The notes: a model not told the origin generated them from the sequence alone. A DNA stretch of 63,754 nt, filler included, from Reclinomonas americana ATCC 50394 (GCA_048213135.1; 4 parts of one record of this genome joined end to end with filler, not necessarily neighbours in it); one strand, 5' to 3'; shown: positions 24,401-40,183, numbered from the whole stretch's first letter. Translations and numbers: made by a program.

Positions 24401-27400
24401 CAACGTCCGACAGCGGGAAGGAGTCGTCAAACTTCCATCGCACCACATTATTCGTCGCCGCGTCTCGTGTGGCGTCGTCGGTTCGCACTCGCGACAATAC
24501 TACAAACACACATCCTCGGTCAGTGCAACGGTTGCCAATGAGCAAAAATGTCAAAAACCACTCACGAGACAACGATGCGTCCTCGCTGCATCGACTGGTG
24601 GCATTGAAGGCGAGCAAGGTGTAGCCGTCCTCCGGCGAACCCCACACCGGCGAGTGCACACTTGTGCCAATGGCGGCCACGGATGGCGTGGGAAGTCGCA
24701 GTGGAGCGCCACGCTTGTCGAATGCACGCATAAACACGTGCACGGCGGTCATTGGTCGCCGATTGCAGTCCCACGACACCGACATGGTCTCCAGCGTCGA
24801 CAATCGGGGCGGAGGTGCCGCCGAGGTGACCGCCACGGCGGCCGCTGCGCATGGGAGGAAAGACATACCACGTCAGTCTCCATCATTTCGTCCTGTGTGT
24901 TTCCCTCCGAATTCCAACTCACAAGCCACGGTGAACACCGACGAAAAGCCGTAGATGCTCGTGTCGTTGGCCCAATCGACGCGAATCGAATATCCGGCAC
25001 TCGGCGACAGGTCAAATGGCACTGTCCAGCGGTACGAGTTGCGTCGGCCGCTCTCGACGTCAGTTCCGCACAACGAGCGCACAGTCGCCAACACCACGGG
25101 TGTCACTGGTGTGGCCACCGACGGCGGGTACAGCAAGACACGCGTGATGGAGGTGCTGTTGGAGTTGCAGCGCCACGTAATCTCGGCCAAGCCACCGACA
25201 TAGACCACGGCAGTGGTCTGGACCGTACCGACGGCGTTCGGGTCGTCCGTGGTGTGCGCCTCGGGCGTGTCCAGCGACCGCAGGCCAACATACGACATGA
25301 ATGGAGCTGCGCGCGCGTCAGCGAGTTAGTGTTGTCTGTGCGTGTGTACGACAAAGAATACCAAAGGCAACGTTACCGTGCACGGTGAAATTCTGACTGC
25401 GCGCATACAGGGTGGGCCTGTCGTCGTCGATGATGCTCATCACGTAGTCGTCGCCGGGGACGAGGCGCACGGGCACAATAAACGAGAGTGCACTCGGTTC
25501 CAGCGACGCACAATTGATGGCTTCGGTGCGCGAGCGCACTACCACCTCGGTGGCCGTCGGGGCGAGTACGATGCCACCGCGAGTGCGTGACAAGACGGCG
25601 CGCACCGCCGTGGTGGTCGGGTGGCGGCAGCCGAAAGTCACCGTGCCTGGCGAACCGCCCACCGCGCTCAACGAGGTGCCGCCCATGTTCAGGGCGACTG
25701 GGCCCACCGCCGACTCCACCACCGTAACGGTGGCCTTGGCGTCGTCGCTGCGCACCGACGGCACCGCCGAGTCCGACACACGAACTCGCACCGACACCGA
25801 AATCAGCGTGCGGTCGACTGACGGCACATGCCACACCACCACCGCCACGTTGCCGTTGCACGCAAAGGGCGCGTTCTTGGCAATGTCGATCACAGCGTCG
25901 CTGTTGGTGACGCTTGTCGCCGCGAGACCCGTGACATCCACAAACTGTATGTCGGGATTCGGGTTGCAGAAGAAGCGGAGAGAGACATCGGCGTCGGTGA
26001 AGTAGAGGCTGCCGTCAATGGGCTGCTTCTGACCGCTGAGGAATGTGTGCTGCAGAGTGACGGCTACGGCAACTGCCGGCGCCGAGTTCACGGCGCCGTT
26101 GGTGGCGTCGGAGATCTCCACCGAGAACACGTTGGACAAGGCCTGCGCATACGAGGCCAGCGGATCCCACTGCAGCGCCATCTCGTTCACCGTGGTGTTG
26201 TCGCACGTGGTGGTCATGGTGGTCGGATTCGACACATTGAAGCACTGCTTGCCGGCGCCGGTACCAGTGCACGCAGTAACCGAGGCCGCCGTTGTCACCG
26301 GAACCGAGCAGGTGAAGCGCAACGGGTACGAGTAGCCGTAGTAGACACCGCCGGCAACGGTGAGTGGGCTCGCCACAATCGCAAACGTGGGCACTGCAAG
26401 TGGTGGGGTGAGTGTCCGAAAGAGGGAGAGAAAAGTACTTGGTCGTTGTGTACGCACTGGTGACTTCAAACGCGGGACTGGAGAGCGCCGTGGCCGGCAT
26501 GGCGGCACCAGCAGACACATCAGTGACCTCAATGACAGCAGCAGCTGCGACGGCCGTCGACGGGAGCGCCGGCAACACGACGGTAGCCATCAGCGGAGTG
26601 CGCGAGGCGCTCAAACCACATGTGATGTCACCGAGAGCCGTCGTCACCGTGCCGACGTACACGCCGGGACTGAGAACGACGCGGGCGCGCACTTGCACAA
26701 TCAGCACGTCGTTACAGGCAAAGGAGACCGACAGCGAGTTGTTGACACCCGGCGACACTCGTGCCGCCGGTGTCACACCGCGGAAGGTGGCAACCACCGA
26801 CGTGATCTCACTCCCTGCACAACAGCAGCAATGATAGATGGATGAGTGGCGATTGTGCATCAAGGACACCATACAACACACACCGTGTACATCAATCGTG
26901 CTGGTGCTCACGAACGGCCCGATACGACTCTCGTCGGCGTCCGACACGCGGAGCACCACCGGTCCTGCTCCAATGAGGGAGGCCGGTGGTGTCCAGGCCA
27001 CAGCAGTGGTGCTGACAGAACCGCGTGTCATATTGCAAGCCACGGCGCGGCTGTTGCTGATGGTGTAGAGGCTGGTCGCGGGATTCGCCGCAGTCACCAC
27101 CGCCAGCATGACCTGCCAACAAGAACGAATGAGGACAACGCGGCAGCTGCTGCAGCGCACAGCGATATATGGAACCAACCTGTGCGGTGGAGCCGCCACA
27201 CGAGACGGTGAGGCTTGTGGGAAGGCCGGCCAGCAAGTGGCCGCTCGGATTCGGTGCGACAGAGAGCACCGGAATGGCGACAGTCACAGCGGTCGAGTCG
27301 GCGTACACGGCCGTCGCATTGGCGTCCTCCACCCGGATAATGACGCTGACGGGCCACGTGCTCTGCGCCGTCACCGGTACCGCCACCGACAGCATCGGGT

Positions 27401-30400
27401 TGCCGAGGGGACAGGCGATCAGCGCAGCGTTGATAACCACAGGAGTCATCAGCTCCTCAAAGTAGGTGGCACCCAGTGCACGCACTCTGCGCAATGCGAC
27501 GCCAGTTGAGGACGAATGTCAACATAAAAAACAAGTGCGTCGAACAGGCACAAACCGCAGGGCAGTGACGGCCGAGTTGCTGGTGCACATGATGCGCGCC
27601 ACGTAGGCGACGCCCGCAGGCACCACCGTAGCCGGTGTGGCCGACATGGAGGTGGGAAGCATCACCGGCGCAGTGACCGTCGCTTTTTGTATGGAGGAGG
27701 GTAAGTGAATTTTTCAGTGCATGCCACATAGCAGAGTTGCGTGTCGCGCAAACCTGCCAGTCCAAAAGAGAGGACAGACGACGACACGGCTGAGTGAACC
27801 AGGCGGAGTGTGTAGGCAGTCGCCAGGTTGTAATTCGGAGGACCGCTGACCGGCACCGTAAACACAAACGTCTCCGTGGCGCCACCGGTACACACGGCGG
27901 TGACAGCCTGCGTCGTGACTGTGGTCACCGGTGCGGCCGTCTCCACCGTCAACGTCAACGGTGACACAGGCACTGGCACGAGGCACGTGAAGCGCACGGT
28001 GTACGAGTAGCCCGGATAGAGCGTTGGCGGGAGGTCAGCCGCAGTCACGGACACCGCAGGTGCTGATTGTCGAGAATAAAAGATGAGTGTCGTGGAGCAC
28101 AAAACTCACAAGACAACAACCAGCGCAAACCTTGCACAGTGAACGCTGTAGAACAGGCGTTGATCGACACATTGTCGCTGTCACGCACACACAGCTGCAC
28201 GCTGGTTGAGCTGGTCCACGCCGAGAGCAGTGTGACGGTCTGCGTGCCCGCAGACACAGCCGGCACGCGAGAGGCCAACACGCTCAGCGCAGCATTGTTG
28301 CGCACGACGTAAACGTCCACAGCCGTGATGACCGAGGCCAGATTCGCAGTCCATGTGACCGTGGCGACTGTGCCGGTCAGCGGTGGTGACGGGCCGGCGA
28401 CGAAACTCGCCAACACGTTGCTGATGCCCGGGGCTGTGTGATGTCGATGAACAAGAAGAAAAAGAAAGTCATGTGAGCAATGGAGCAAAGTAGCCGTCAC
28501 GTCAAAGTCGGTACGCACTGGTGACGGAGAACCACGAGCTGTTTCCTGTGGCGGATCGGGTGCTGGCATTCTCGACAAAGAGTCGGTAGGTGCCAGTCGA
28601 CGGCACCAGCATGTTCACGGTGAGCTGGTTGAAGAAGCCACCGACAGCGCATTGTACGGCTTGCGTACTGGCCACGGTCAACACCTCGGACAGCGACGAG
28701 CCTTGTTGCAGCACATTGACCTGCGCGGTGGTGGTGAGTGAGCATGTGCGAGGCGGCACAGCAGTTATTGGCCATGGAGCGAACCTGCGTAATTGTCGGG
28801 TTGTTGCACACAAACGAGATGCGAGTCGGCACCGAATACTGAGCCAGTGAGACGGCATCCGTCCAAGAACCCGCTCCAATCTGGTACTGCAAGCCGGCGG
28901 TCTCTCCACAGCTGTCGAGACAAAACACACACAGGGATGAGGGCAAGGCTTGCGAGTCGCACGACGACGGGAGCAGAGAACGGCGCCGAACCAGTCATCG
29001 AATGAGAACAGAATGGCGCTGCAGAAAATATAAAGAGTGAGCACAAAGCGAGTGCCGCAACACAACGGATTTTGCTATTAACAAAACACACCGATGACTT
29101 CCCGCAGTGAGAGCGATACTACCCGAGAGGGCGTTCGCCCAATTGCCGCTCCAGTCTGCGGCAGCTGTGCCAGTGGCCACCACCGTCGTGTCCACTTGAA
29201 TCTGAAGATTATGCGTGCCGGGTGTGAGTCAAGGGCACGCATCACAATAAACTCGCGGTGTCTCACGCAACTCGTGAGCCCCATCCGTTGCCGGAGCCCC
29301 AGCGGAACGTGTACGTCGCGGCAGTGGGTACCACAAAGTTAATCGTCACTCTGTACGCTAGTGCATTTCCTGGCGATGCGCCGCACAGCGTGGCGGCAGG
29401 CATGCTCGTGAGTTGCGTGATGGTTGACATGGTCGCCGTGCACGATTTCACCTGCAGAGACGAGACGACACCCTCACTGTCAGCAGATGATGGTAGCGAG
29501 GAGATGGTGCGCCATCAATGAGACACACGCGCACCGAATCAAAGTACGTGTTGAGGTTGGCCAGCGAGTCGGTGATCAGCGGCTGCATCGTGCCGTTGCC
29601 CGCCTCCACCGTGATGCCGGTGAGCGAGAGGCGGCCGGTCTGCAGCACAGTGGTCGACGCCAGTTGCATGTCTGCGCGTGAACATGAAGACACAATGAGC
29701 GAGGAGCACGAATGGGCTCGGAGGCGCCGGCACGCACCTGACACGTCGAACGTGGTGCCAGTGGTGGTTGCCGTCGAGTTGTCAAGAACCAGCTTCAGTC
29801 GGTAGGTTGCACCCGTGTGCACGGAAACGTCGGTACCGACCAGCCAGGCGAGCGTGTTTGTTGCGACACCGTCGCAGACAGAAGGCACGCCGCTGCGAAT
29901 GACCAGCGACCAGCCCGCCGTGGCGTCGTCAGTAATGGAAATGGACACGGGAGCGGTGGCAGTCGGCTGAGCGACACACGTCCACGTCAGTGTGTACGAC
30001 TCGAGACGGAAGATGACCGACGGCAGCGCAGCGGAGGTCAGAGTGACGGATTCTGAGCACCAAAAGCAACTGGGTCAGCGCACGAAAAACGCAAAGTGGT
30101 TTCCAGCTTGACGATGCCTACCAATCGACAATGGCACGAGCGACGAGAACGGGTCCGTGGCGGTGAGGCGGAAACACAGCTGATACTGGCCGGTGCTGAG
30201 AGCGCCCACCGTCGCCGCCAGTGTCACCGACAGCTGTGAGAGGTCGGCAGAGAGTGTAGATGCTGTCACAGCCACTCCCATGCCGGTGTTGCAGCTGGCG
30301 GCCAAAAACATGTCGGCAGTCGCCGGCGCAGTGGTGAAGCCACCAACCGGGATCGTCATGGACACATTCACAGTGCCAACGGGCACTGATGCTGGCACCG

Positions 30401-33400
30401 GCGGTCCAGATGCGCCGACTGCACGCGCGCAGCGGTGGTGAGAACTTGCCTCTCAATTTTTCTTGCGTCACAGCATGCAACACGTACCGACAGAAATCGT
30501 TGCCTCGGGGAACACCGTGCCACCGGTCGCCCACTGCGCGCACACCGTAAACGAACCGGGACCACTTAGCTTTGTGTTGTACGCCACGTCGACTGTGTCG
30601 GCAGTGGCATTGTCTGCAGTCGAGAGGGGCGCCATAACACTGCCGGCGCACGTGGGTGACGACGACAGCGAGTAGATTGCCGCGCCGCCCAACATCGTCC
30701 GCGAGCCAGTGGGCGCCAGCGACAACGACAGCGTTTGCGATGCCGACGTGACCGACACTTGCGGAGACACGGTGGCGATCGAAGCTGTCGCGAAGCGAGG
30801 ATGCGGGAATGAGTCCTCTAATGCAGGGAAGGAGAAGGCGACGATGTATATACCTGCCAATATCGACACGGATGGCACAAGGGCCGCAACCTGTCCACTC
30901 GTCCAACGGGCGCACAACTGCAACCAATGGTAATCAATGAAAGCAACTACGGAGGGAATGAGATAGAGAGCGAGGGCCAAACACGCAACGCTGTAGATGG
31001 CTGGCAACAGTGCGGAAGCCGGGGTTGGATTGATGGCCAGACGCATCTCCGTAGAAGAGATCCACGTGGGTGCCACTTGGACATTGGCAGTCGCCGAGGC
31101 ACAGGAGCCAGTTGAGGAGATGAAGAAGGTTGCGCCAGAGGAGGGGAACGAACGACCGGCCATGGTGATCACTTGACCAGCAGTGGCGGCGTTGATTGTA
31201 GCCGGCGACAAGGAGGTGACGGTGGCGAGGAGCGTAATGTAGCGCACACGAGGACCGTCGCCCACCAGCACATTGTTGCCCAACAAGTCGACTGCAGACG
31301 GCGACGTAAATGTTGCCACAGCTAGCGCCTCGCCATTTGAGGCACCCGCAACTCCAGTGCCAGCAAAGTCACTCACGTAGCCTGTGTACGAACACAAAAA
31401 AAGCCGAGGTGAGTGAATCGGAGAACCGGCATGCGCGCAGAACTGGACACGTCCCGCCGCTCACCGTCTGTGGCCACGCGTCGTACGCGACGGAGCGCCT
31501 GCTGAGAGACCACGGCAAACGAGTCGGTATCGACAGCAATGCCCCACGGTGCGGAGGCCAGAGTGGCAATGGTGGCCACCGCCCCCGTGGAGATGGTCAC
31601 TTGCAGAATGCGCGAGTTGCCGCTGTCGGCCACATATACGTACAAGCCATTGCTGCTGACAGAGAGCGAGAGAGGGGTGGTGAACTCGCCGCCGGAGCCG
31701 GCCAACACGCCCTGGCTCACACCACCCGAGTCCACTTGCGTAAGCGTGGTGCCCGTCGACACAACATACGTGGTCGACGTGAGCGCCACATCACTCAGTG
31801 CGTTCGGGTTGGCCGTGTACAGAACCGTTTTCACGCCTGTTTCGCGACGCGCATGAGATACCACTACGACAACACTAACTGTCTGCAAACTCACCAGTGG
31901 ACGGCACGACGCGGACGAGCTGATTGGCGCCGCGGTCGGCCACCAGCAGCGTTCCGTCACTCAGCACCGCGATTCCGTACGGATTGGTGAGAGCCGGTGC
32001 CACGTTGATTGTGCTCACTTGCATGTCGTCTGCGCAAGGAATTGCAATGAGTGTCACATGACAGTTCCAGTCGCGCCACGTGATGGAGCACTGTTACGCA
32101 CTGCTGCCAGGCACAAACGCGATGCGACGAATGGTGTTGTTGCTTCCACCGTCGCTGACGTACGCCGTAAAGTTGGCAGCGGTGTTGTCAATGGCAACGC
32201 CCTGCACCGTGTCGAAGCGCGACGACAAGGCCGACCCGTCCAGCAAGCCAACCGTGCCGGTGCCGGCAATGGTCAGCACAGTGAACTCGACTACAATCAC
32301 TCTCGAGTCAGCTACTGCGAAGAAAATCGGTGGAGAGCTTCGACACAGGTGCCACTCACCAAAGCTCACAGTGCCCGTCCGTGACGCTGTTGTTTGACTG
32401 GTGTTCCACAGCACGCACAGGCCAAATGGAGCCAGCGCAACTCCAGTGCCGTCCACGGTCAGCGACACGCTCGACGATGTGGCGCTCGCTGCTGTGGCAA
32501 CGGTGGTAAGGGCGCCCGTCGACGAGCACCCGCTGGTTCCGGTGGCAAGGAACACGGAGGTGGGCGACCCCAGACCAGCGCCATCCAGGAATACACGCTG
32601 CTGCGTGCGGTACAACTGCGACGGCCGAATGGTGCTGACCGAGGCCAAACTGATGGTGACTCCCACAATGGCGTACGAGGCCGTCGGATCGGGACGCATG
32701 AGAACGGTGTAGATTCCGGCCTGCACCGTGGCGGTGTTCCACGTGAGAGTGAAGGGCAGCGGGTCGGTCGAGGTGGCCGACGTTCGCGTCGTCGCCGTCA
32801 TGATAGCATCGGTGGCAATCACGGGGAACGCCGTGGAGCACGCAGATACACACAAAATGACACCGGTGGTGGTGTCGGAGGCGGCCAGCGTCGGCAAGTT
32901 GACGCCGCGGAGTTCGACCGCAAATGTGCCCTGCTCCCAGGGCAGCACGGCCGGGAACACGGAGGTGACCGAGGCCACACTCACCGGACCAAAGTCGGTG
33001 TAGGCCGACGTTGTGGACCAGCGCACGCAAACGCGGTACGTGACGGCCGTGTTGAGACTGGCAAACAAACAGTGAGCACACCAGTCCGACGAGCGAGAGA
33101 GCAAATCGGCACACACACACAACGCAACGTCGAGCCGTCAACGATAAATGTCGCACTGATCGGTGACGCGATAGTGATGGAGGTGACAGCGGCGGAGGAG
33201 GCCAGTGTGTTGCAGTTGGCCGCCATCACAATGGCCGATGCATCGCCGGTCACATCGGTGAATCCCGCACCGTCGAGCGACTGTTGCGAAAAAGTGAGTT
33301 TGAGTGGTGCGCGAGATCACCACGCAGCAGCAAAACAAAAGACGCACAATCTTTTGGCTGGCGAGTTGGAAAATGATGCTCGGCACAATGCGCGTCACCG

Positions 33401-36400
33401 TCGGCACAGTGGTGATGCGTCGAATCAAATGGGACGAAAAGTCGGCGACAAACAGGTCACCGCTGGTGTTATCAAAGGCGATGCCGTTGGGCAGCGAGAA
33501 ACGAGCCTGCGGCGGGGGATGTGGTGAGCACCGCAAGAGAGAGCGGAAGACGAGACACACACAGACGCAACTGGAGAGCGAGCGGCGCCGTTCGTGTTGC
33601 CAGTGGATCCGGTTCCGGCCCAGCGAACTGCAACAAGAAGGAGGGTGTCAGCGTGAACGTGTGTACATCACGCAACAAGAGGAGCATGTACACCCGCACC
33701 GACAAAGCCTGTGCGATGCAAACAACAATATCAGTACGGGTATGAAGAGTGCAATGAAGACACACGACACACACATACCATCAACGGTCGATGCACGTCG
33801 CACCACAGGTGTTGTGGTGTCACTGTAGTGGGAGGAGGGCGTGTCAGGGGCAATGACAGTGCGTGTCATTGACAAAGGAGAGAGCGAACAGACGCAACGT
33901 GAAAAAGATGCTGGTCGACGAGTCCGCAAACACCACCGAATTCGGTGCATTCAGCGGCACATTTGCGATCGCTCCTTCAGACACCGTAGGAGCCTGCTCA
34001 AGCATGTCAGTGGGTGCGCACACACACAGCGGAGAGAGAGAGAGAGAGTGAATCGCATGCTCGTACCGTGGAGAATCCCACCAGTGTCGTCACAGCATAC
34101 GCTGCACGAGAGTGTCAGCAGAGAACAACATGGAGCACGGGACGATTGGCGGACGAAACGTGCAGTCAACGACACTTGGCGAATGCGCCCGTTGCCGGTG
34201 TCGGCCACCAACACTGCAGTGCTCACTCCAGATCCGTTGCGCAGCAGTGAGAGCGAAGTCGGCGACGAGAATGACGCGGAAGTGCCGTTGCCGTTGGTCG
34301 ACCCGGCCAAACCGGTGCCCGCGAGCGTGGCGACTGCAGTGACGGACGAGAATGGGTGTGAGTGACGAATTACAGGATGCTCACTCGGCGCACGTGACGC
34401 ACCAGTGCTGCCAGTCAATGTCCGCACGGCATGGTTGGCAGTGTCACAAATGTACAATGTTCCACCGGCATCAAAGGCGAGACCGCCGACTGAACCAAAC
34501 GTGGCCGAGGCCGTCTGTTGCAAAGCGAGAGTGGGCATGTTGCCAAACAACAACACTTTGACACACGACACAATCAAAGAAACATATGTCGCGAACCGAG
34601 CCGTTGACAAAGCCGGCAGAAAGGCCGCCGGCCGCCGTGGCCACACCGGTTGCGGCGTTGACGGTGCGCAGACGGAAACCGTCGCCGACCCACAAGACTC
34701 CAGTTGTGGGATGACGCGCCAAGCCGCGTGGACTGACAAAGCGGGCCAGCAGTGGGTTGGCCGAGTCCAGGTAGCCGGGAACGCCCGTGCTGCACCACAC
34801 ATGCGCCGTAAGCACACAAGTAGCGGCATCGAATATCTCTCTCTCTCACACACACACATGTACTCACCCAGCAACGGTCGACACGACACCGGCGGTGGTC
34901 ACGCGGCGAATTGCACCATTACCAGTATCCTGAGCGAAAATGTGAGGGCGGTGAACCGAATTACGAGCTCTCTCCATAAAACCATGCACGAACCGCGACG
35001 AGCAGCGAGCCGTCCGCCTCCAGTGCCACCTGCGTGGGATTGGTGAACTTGCCCGGACTGCCGTCCGCGAAGCCCGACGTGCTACCAGCGTACGTCACCA
35101 CCGACGGAACGACTGTCGACACGACAGAGAGAAAAGGAAGTGAGAACATTGAAAGGTGTCTGTGGAGTACACCAGCACCCACCAATGGTGACTTGCCCGA
35201 CGGCCTGGTACGTGTCCGAGTCGTAGAATCGCGTGCACACAGTGTACGTGGTGCCGAGGGTCACCGACGATGCGTCAATCACCATGCGGACGCTGCTGTT
35301 GGAGTCCAACAGGTACTGTGTCACCGTCAGGCCGGCCTGAGTGGCGGCCAGCGCACAAGTGGTGCCGCGCGACACAACCAGCTGCTGGCCACTGAGCGCC
35401 GCCGACGACAGTTGAAGCAAACTGAGGCCGGCGAGAGTGAGCACTTGGAATGGAGCCGCGCTGATGACGCTCGGCGCCACACTTTGCACCACCGGCACTG
35501 CAGGGCACGAGGTCAGAGTCCACACAACGTGCCATGCACAGGAAAGCAGGGTGTACGAACCTGAGGCGCAGCAGAGCTTCGAGTTGGTGAAGAGCGGGAT
35601 ATTGCGGTACGTCGTCCCCGACTTGTCAAAGTCAATCACCGAGAACGTGGTCACGGTGACGTCGGCCGCTGCGAGAGAATGAAGGAGTGTGGCGTGAGTA
35701 ACACTGGTACTTTTGCAGGCAGGCGCAAGGGCCCACGTACCAACAACGCCAGTCCACGAATACGCAAAGCAAATGTTGCTCGAGGCCAGTGTCATCGGGC
35801 CAATGATGGCTCCATCTGTGCAAGCGCCACTCCAGTTGTACGATGTGGTCGCCGTGGCTGGCGACGTAGAGAACTATATGAGTGATTGTGCGCCGTGAGG
35901 AAAAACCTGACTGGCTCATGACACGCACCTGAGCTTGTCGTGCCAGTGTACACTCCCGGCTCACTGGAGTTGTCGTCGACCACAATATACGGTCCATTGC
36001 CACCATTGGCGGTGAGCGGAAATGAGCCGGTAGTCGAGGTGGCTGTCACCTTGACATTTAGAAAGTTGCCCTGCGCGCACAGAACACGTTTGTGGGCAAG
36101 AGATGCTTCTGGATAGCGGCAGTGACAGTGATGGCAGCAGTGGAACGCACCGTTGTCGGTCCCACCACCGCCGCATAGTTGTTGGCATTGTTGCTGGTGA
36201 TGACGTAGTACGAGATGTACGAATTGGAGCGCTCGTAGCCGGGATAGACGCCGCAACCCGTGTCGTTGATGTGCTGAGTAGCAGTCCGTGTTGGCTCTCG
36301 CAGAGGTCTGATGGGCAGCGAACTGGCCAGGCCCGTGTACGACATGGTGCAGCAGTACATGACGGCGGGCGACAGGTTCGACATGTACACGCAACCGGCC

Positions 36401-37625
36401 GGCTCGTTGACTGCGCCGCGCGAGTATGAGACGAGGGAGAGGGAGAAGAGATAAGGAAAGACGAATGAAGACAAGCAGGCGCACCGTACGAGATCGGAAA
36501 GGGCGACGAGTACGTGAGACCGGTGGGATCGGTGACGGTGATGGTCAGCGAGCGATTGCCGGTGGTCGTACTGCTGAGCAACACCAACTGCTTCGACGCA
36601 TTGACGGAGAACAGAGCTGCGTCGGCGCCCGACAGACTGTACGTGAAGACCGTGTCGTCAATGTTTGCATCGTAGGCCGACAGCTGGCCCACAATGAGGC
36701 TCGCCGACGAGTACGTCGACGAACTCAGGTAGATGGCCGACGGCGCCACATTCACTGTCGAGCGACGACAACAGAGATCAGTGGAAAAGGGAAGACAGTC
36801 GCCATCATGCAGTCACTCACCGGCATTGATGGTAAATGTGCGCTCGACGAATGCCCCATACGCATCTGTGGCACGGACAGTGACCGACTGATTGGTGCTG
36901 CGGTAGCCAGGGTTGATAATCGTCAGCGAGTCGGGCGACGTCCCCACCCCGAAATCGGCCGTGTTGGTGGTGACAGTCCACGTCAGCGTGTCGCCCGGAT
37001 CGGTGGCCGTCAGCAACCCCACGACGACGTTGGCCGCCAGTGTTGGCGGTGTGTAGGTGGTGGCCGACAGCTGAATGTTGGTCGGCGCCGTATTCACTGA
37101 TGCGGGCAAGAGGAGTGAGTGTGGAGCGAGCAGGGCCAGGCTCATTCTTGTCCCCTCTACACACACACATACCACCGGTGATGGTAAACGCTTGCTCAAT
37201 GTAGTTGCCCGAGGTGTCGGTGGCACGCACAGTGACAGTGAGCGACACCGCCGTGACGCCATTTTGCGACATGGAGAGCGTGGTGCCCGAGATGGAGAAC
37301 GACGCAAAGTCGCCGGTGGACTGCAGAGTGAATGTGACAGAGTCACCAACGTCGGGGTCCACTGCCGACAGCGTGCCAATCACGATGGGCGCGCCGGACG
37401 AGGGCATCGGGTACGTGTTGGCCGATAGTGCGATGGATGTGGGTGGTGTGTTGCCTGCAAGAAGGGGGGTGAGAGGGGAAGAGGGGAAGGGGGGAATAGG
37501 GAGAGAAGAAGTGAGGGAGGAGGGAGGTGGGAGAGGGAGGGGAGAGAAGAGAGGAGAGAGAAGGGGAGGAGAGGGAGTAGAGAAGGAAAAAGAGATCGAG
37601 TGGGAGGTGAAGAGAATGAGAGTGA

Positions 37626-37663
<38 letters not shown>

Positions 37664-38139
37664 AAGGCAGCGGTAAGGAAGGAAGAAATAAGGAAGCGTG
37701 GCGGAGGAGAGATGCAAATGGAGTGGGAGGTGAAGAAAGAGAGAGAAGATGGAAGAGAGGAGACAGAAGAGAGCGTATGTGTGTGTGCGAGGAAGAGAGA
37801 GGGGTAACAGGGAAAGAAGGGACAGAGGACTAAAGTAGGAGAAGGTTCAGGTGCGATAATGCACGACTGTCGATCCACTCCTACTCAGTCCTCCCTCCCG
37901 TCTTCACATGCATCGTAACCGTCTGCTACTTAATTCTTGACACTTACACACATTCTCTCTCCCTTGCTGTGCACACTGCTTTCCCTAGAGACAGAGAGAG
38001 GGCGAGAGAAATTGTGTGTGGGAAGTGGCGGGAGACGAGAGTGGAATAGATTATTGCGCACCACACATACGCACAGATAGAGCGAGAGCGCGCGCGCGAG
38101 AGAGAGAATGTGGTGGAGGATGAGCGGGAAAGAAAAGCT

Positions 38140-38181
<42 letters not shown>

Positions 38182-40108
38182 ACTCTCTCTCTCTCTCTCT
38201 CTCTCTGTCAAGCATTTACAGCGATGAGGGTGCACATTACACAGAATCAGTGCCCTTGATAGTAACCACCTCGAGATCGGCGCCCCCACATTCTCTCTGG
38301 CTTGTGGACGGGAACAGAGGAAATCTCTCTCTCTCTCCCTCTTCCCCACTGTCTCGATTTCCCTTTCCCTCTCCACCCCCCTCAACCACATCTCACACAC
38401 AAACCTGTTGCACAACAGACAACACCGTTGGGGGTGTACGCTCCAGGCGCACCGGACGCTGAGTTGACGGCGTAGTTGATGCGACCCCAGCCAGTTCCGG
38501 CGCAGGAATTCACACCAGCCTGAGCGGTGAAGCACTGATTTCCTATACCGCCAATGTCATTAGCACTGCTGCTGGAGAAGTTCAGCGTGACACATGTGTT
38601 GCCGTCCTGTGCTGCTCGCATTGCAAAGCAGCCGGGGACATCATTGGAGGCTGTGGCATATGGTACAGCGGCAATCACAGCGGTGTCGGCAGGCAGACAA
38701 ACAGCGTATTTGATACTGTGGCGGCACAGTTGTTCAGCAACGATGTTAACCAACGAACGGCGGCGTGCTTGTACGCAACTTGTTACAAAGGGCCTGCGCA
38801 GCTGCGTCGGTGATGGCTACCCACGTTCCACGGCACAGCGCAACAGTGCCAGCCGCGTTGGCAAACGTGTAATCGGGCACGGCTTGTGAACCACAGGCTG
38901 TTTTGCCACAACCACCACATGTGTGAGTGTGAGCGAGTGGGAATCGCAGAAGTAAAGGGAACTCACCAGTAGTTGGTGCTGATCCGCGAGCGTCGCACTG
39001 CGGGTGCGCGATGCATGTCAGTAGGACTAAGGAATGAGGGCAAAAGGAGAGCACACGGACGCACCCAGGTGTATGTCAGCTCCACATAATCGATCGCTGT
39101 GTCGTCGGCGATCAAGACATCAACCTGTCGAAGCGAAAATCAGCAACTGAATCAGGTAGAAGTGGACGAGGAGCAGAGAGAAGGGAAATGCATTCACGCG
39201 GGAACAGAAAAAGGAAAGATGGGCGACGAGAGTTAAGAGAGAGAGAGAGGAGAGAGAGGGAGGGAGAGAGAGAGAGAGAGAGAGAGACAAGAATCGAGAC
39301 CATCGGATTGTAGAGACACGGAAACACGAGGAAACGGGAAGAGCAGAGGTGGATGAAGAGAGTTGAGAGCAGGAATCGAGACCATTGGATTGTAGAGACA
39401 CGGAAACACGAGGGAACGAGACAGGCGAAATGAACTGAGACAAGGACTGGCAAGACTCGAGACCTGATCGCGTGTATAAAAGAGAGGCGAACGTACGAGA
39501 AAACAGGAAAAGGAGAGATGCAGAAGGCACGACTTGAGACTGCATGAAAGAAAGAGCAAGCCAGAGACACAGCAGCACACGCAACTCGCAAGTTGGTGTT
39601 GATCAGCGCCACCAGACCAGCGACAGTCGACAAATCCGCCACAAACAAGAAGCCCGACGGATACGTGGTCTTTGACCAGCCGGTCGCCTGCGCCGCGATA
39701 CTCTGCTCAAAGTACGAAGTCCACGTGGTGCCCGACGAGTGAATGCCGGCGCGCACAGTGTCATTGTCGGGATTGTCGGTGCTGCCAAAGCCCTTGACCA
39801 GCGTGCGCACAGTCGCCGCCACAATGCCACTCTGCAGACCGGTGAACGTCGTCACAAAGTTGGCGTTGATCGTCGTCAGGTCGTCAAAGTTCTTGCGGGT
39901 GGAGTACCCGGCGATCAGTGCCGCGGAAGGTGAGGCCACCTCTGTACAAGGGGAAGGAGAGTGAGTGAGTGAGGGAGGGAAAAGAGGGGTGAAGGAGGAT
40001 AGGGGAGAGTGGGTGAGTGAGGGAGAGGGTGAGTGAGTGAGTGAGTGAGTGAGTGAGTGAGTGAGTGTGTGAGTGTGTGAGTGAGTGTGTGTGTGTGTGA
40101 GTGAGTGA

Positions 40109-40183
<75 letters not shown>

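Noticed and set aside
39960-40182. (GAGT)n/(GT)n arrays and the HTHT/VCVC/ERER ORFs throughout the window
   Set aside because: Intronic microsatellites at assembly gaps; not coding, telomeric or CRISPR.
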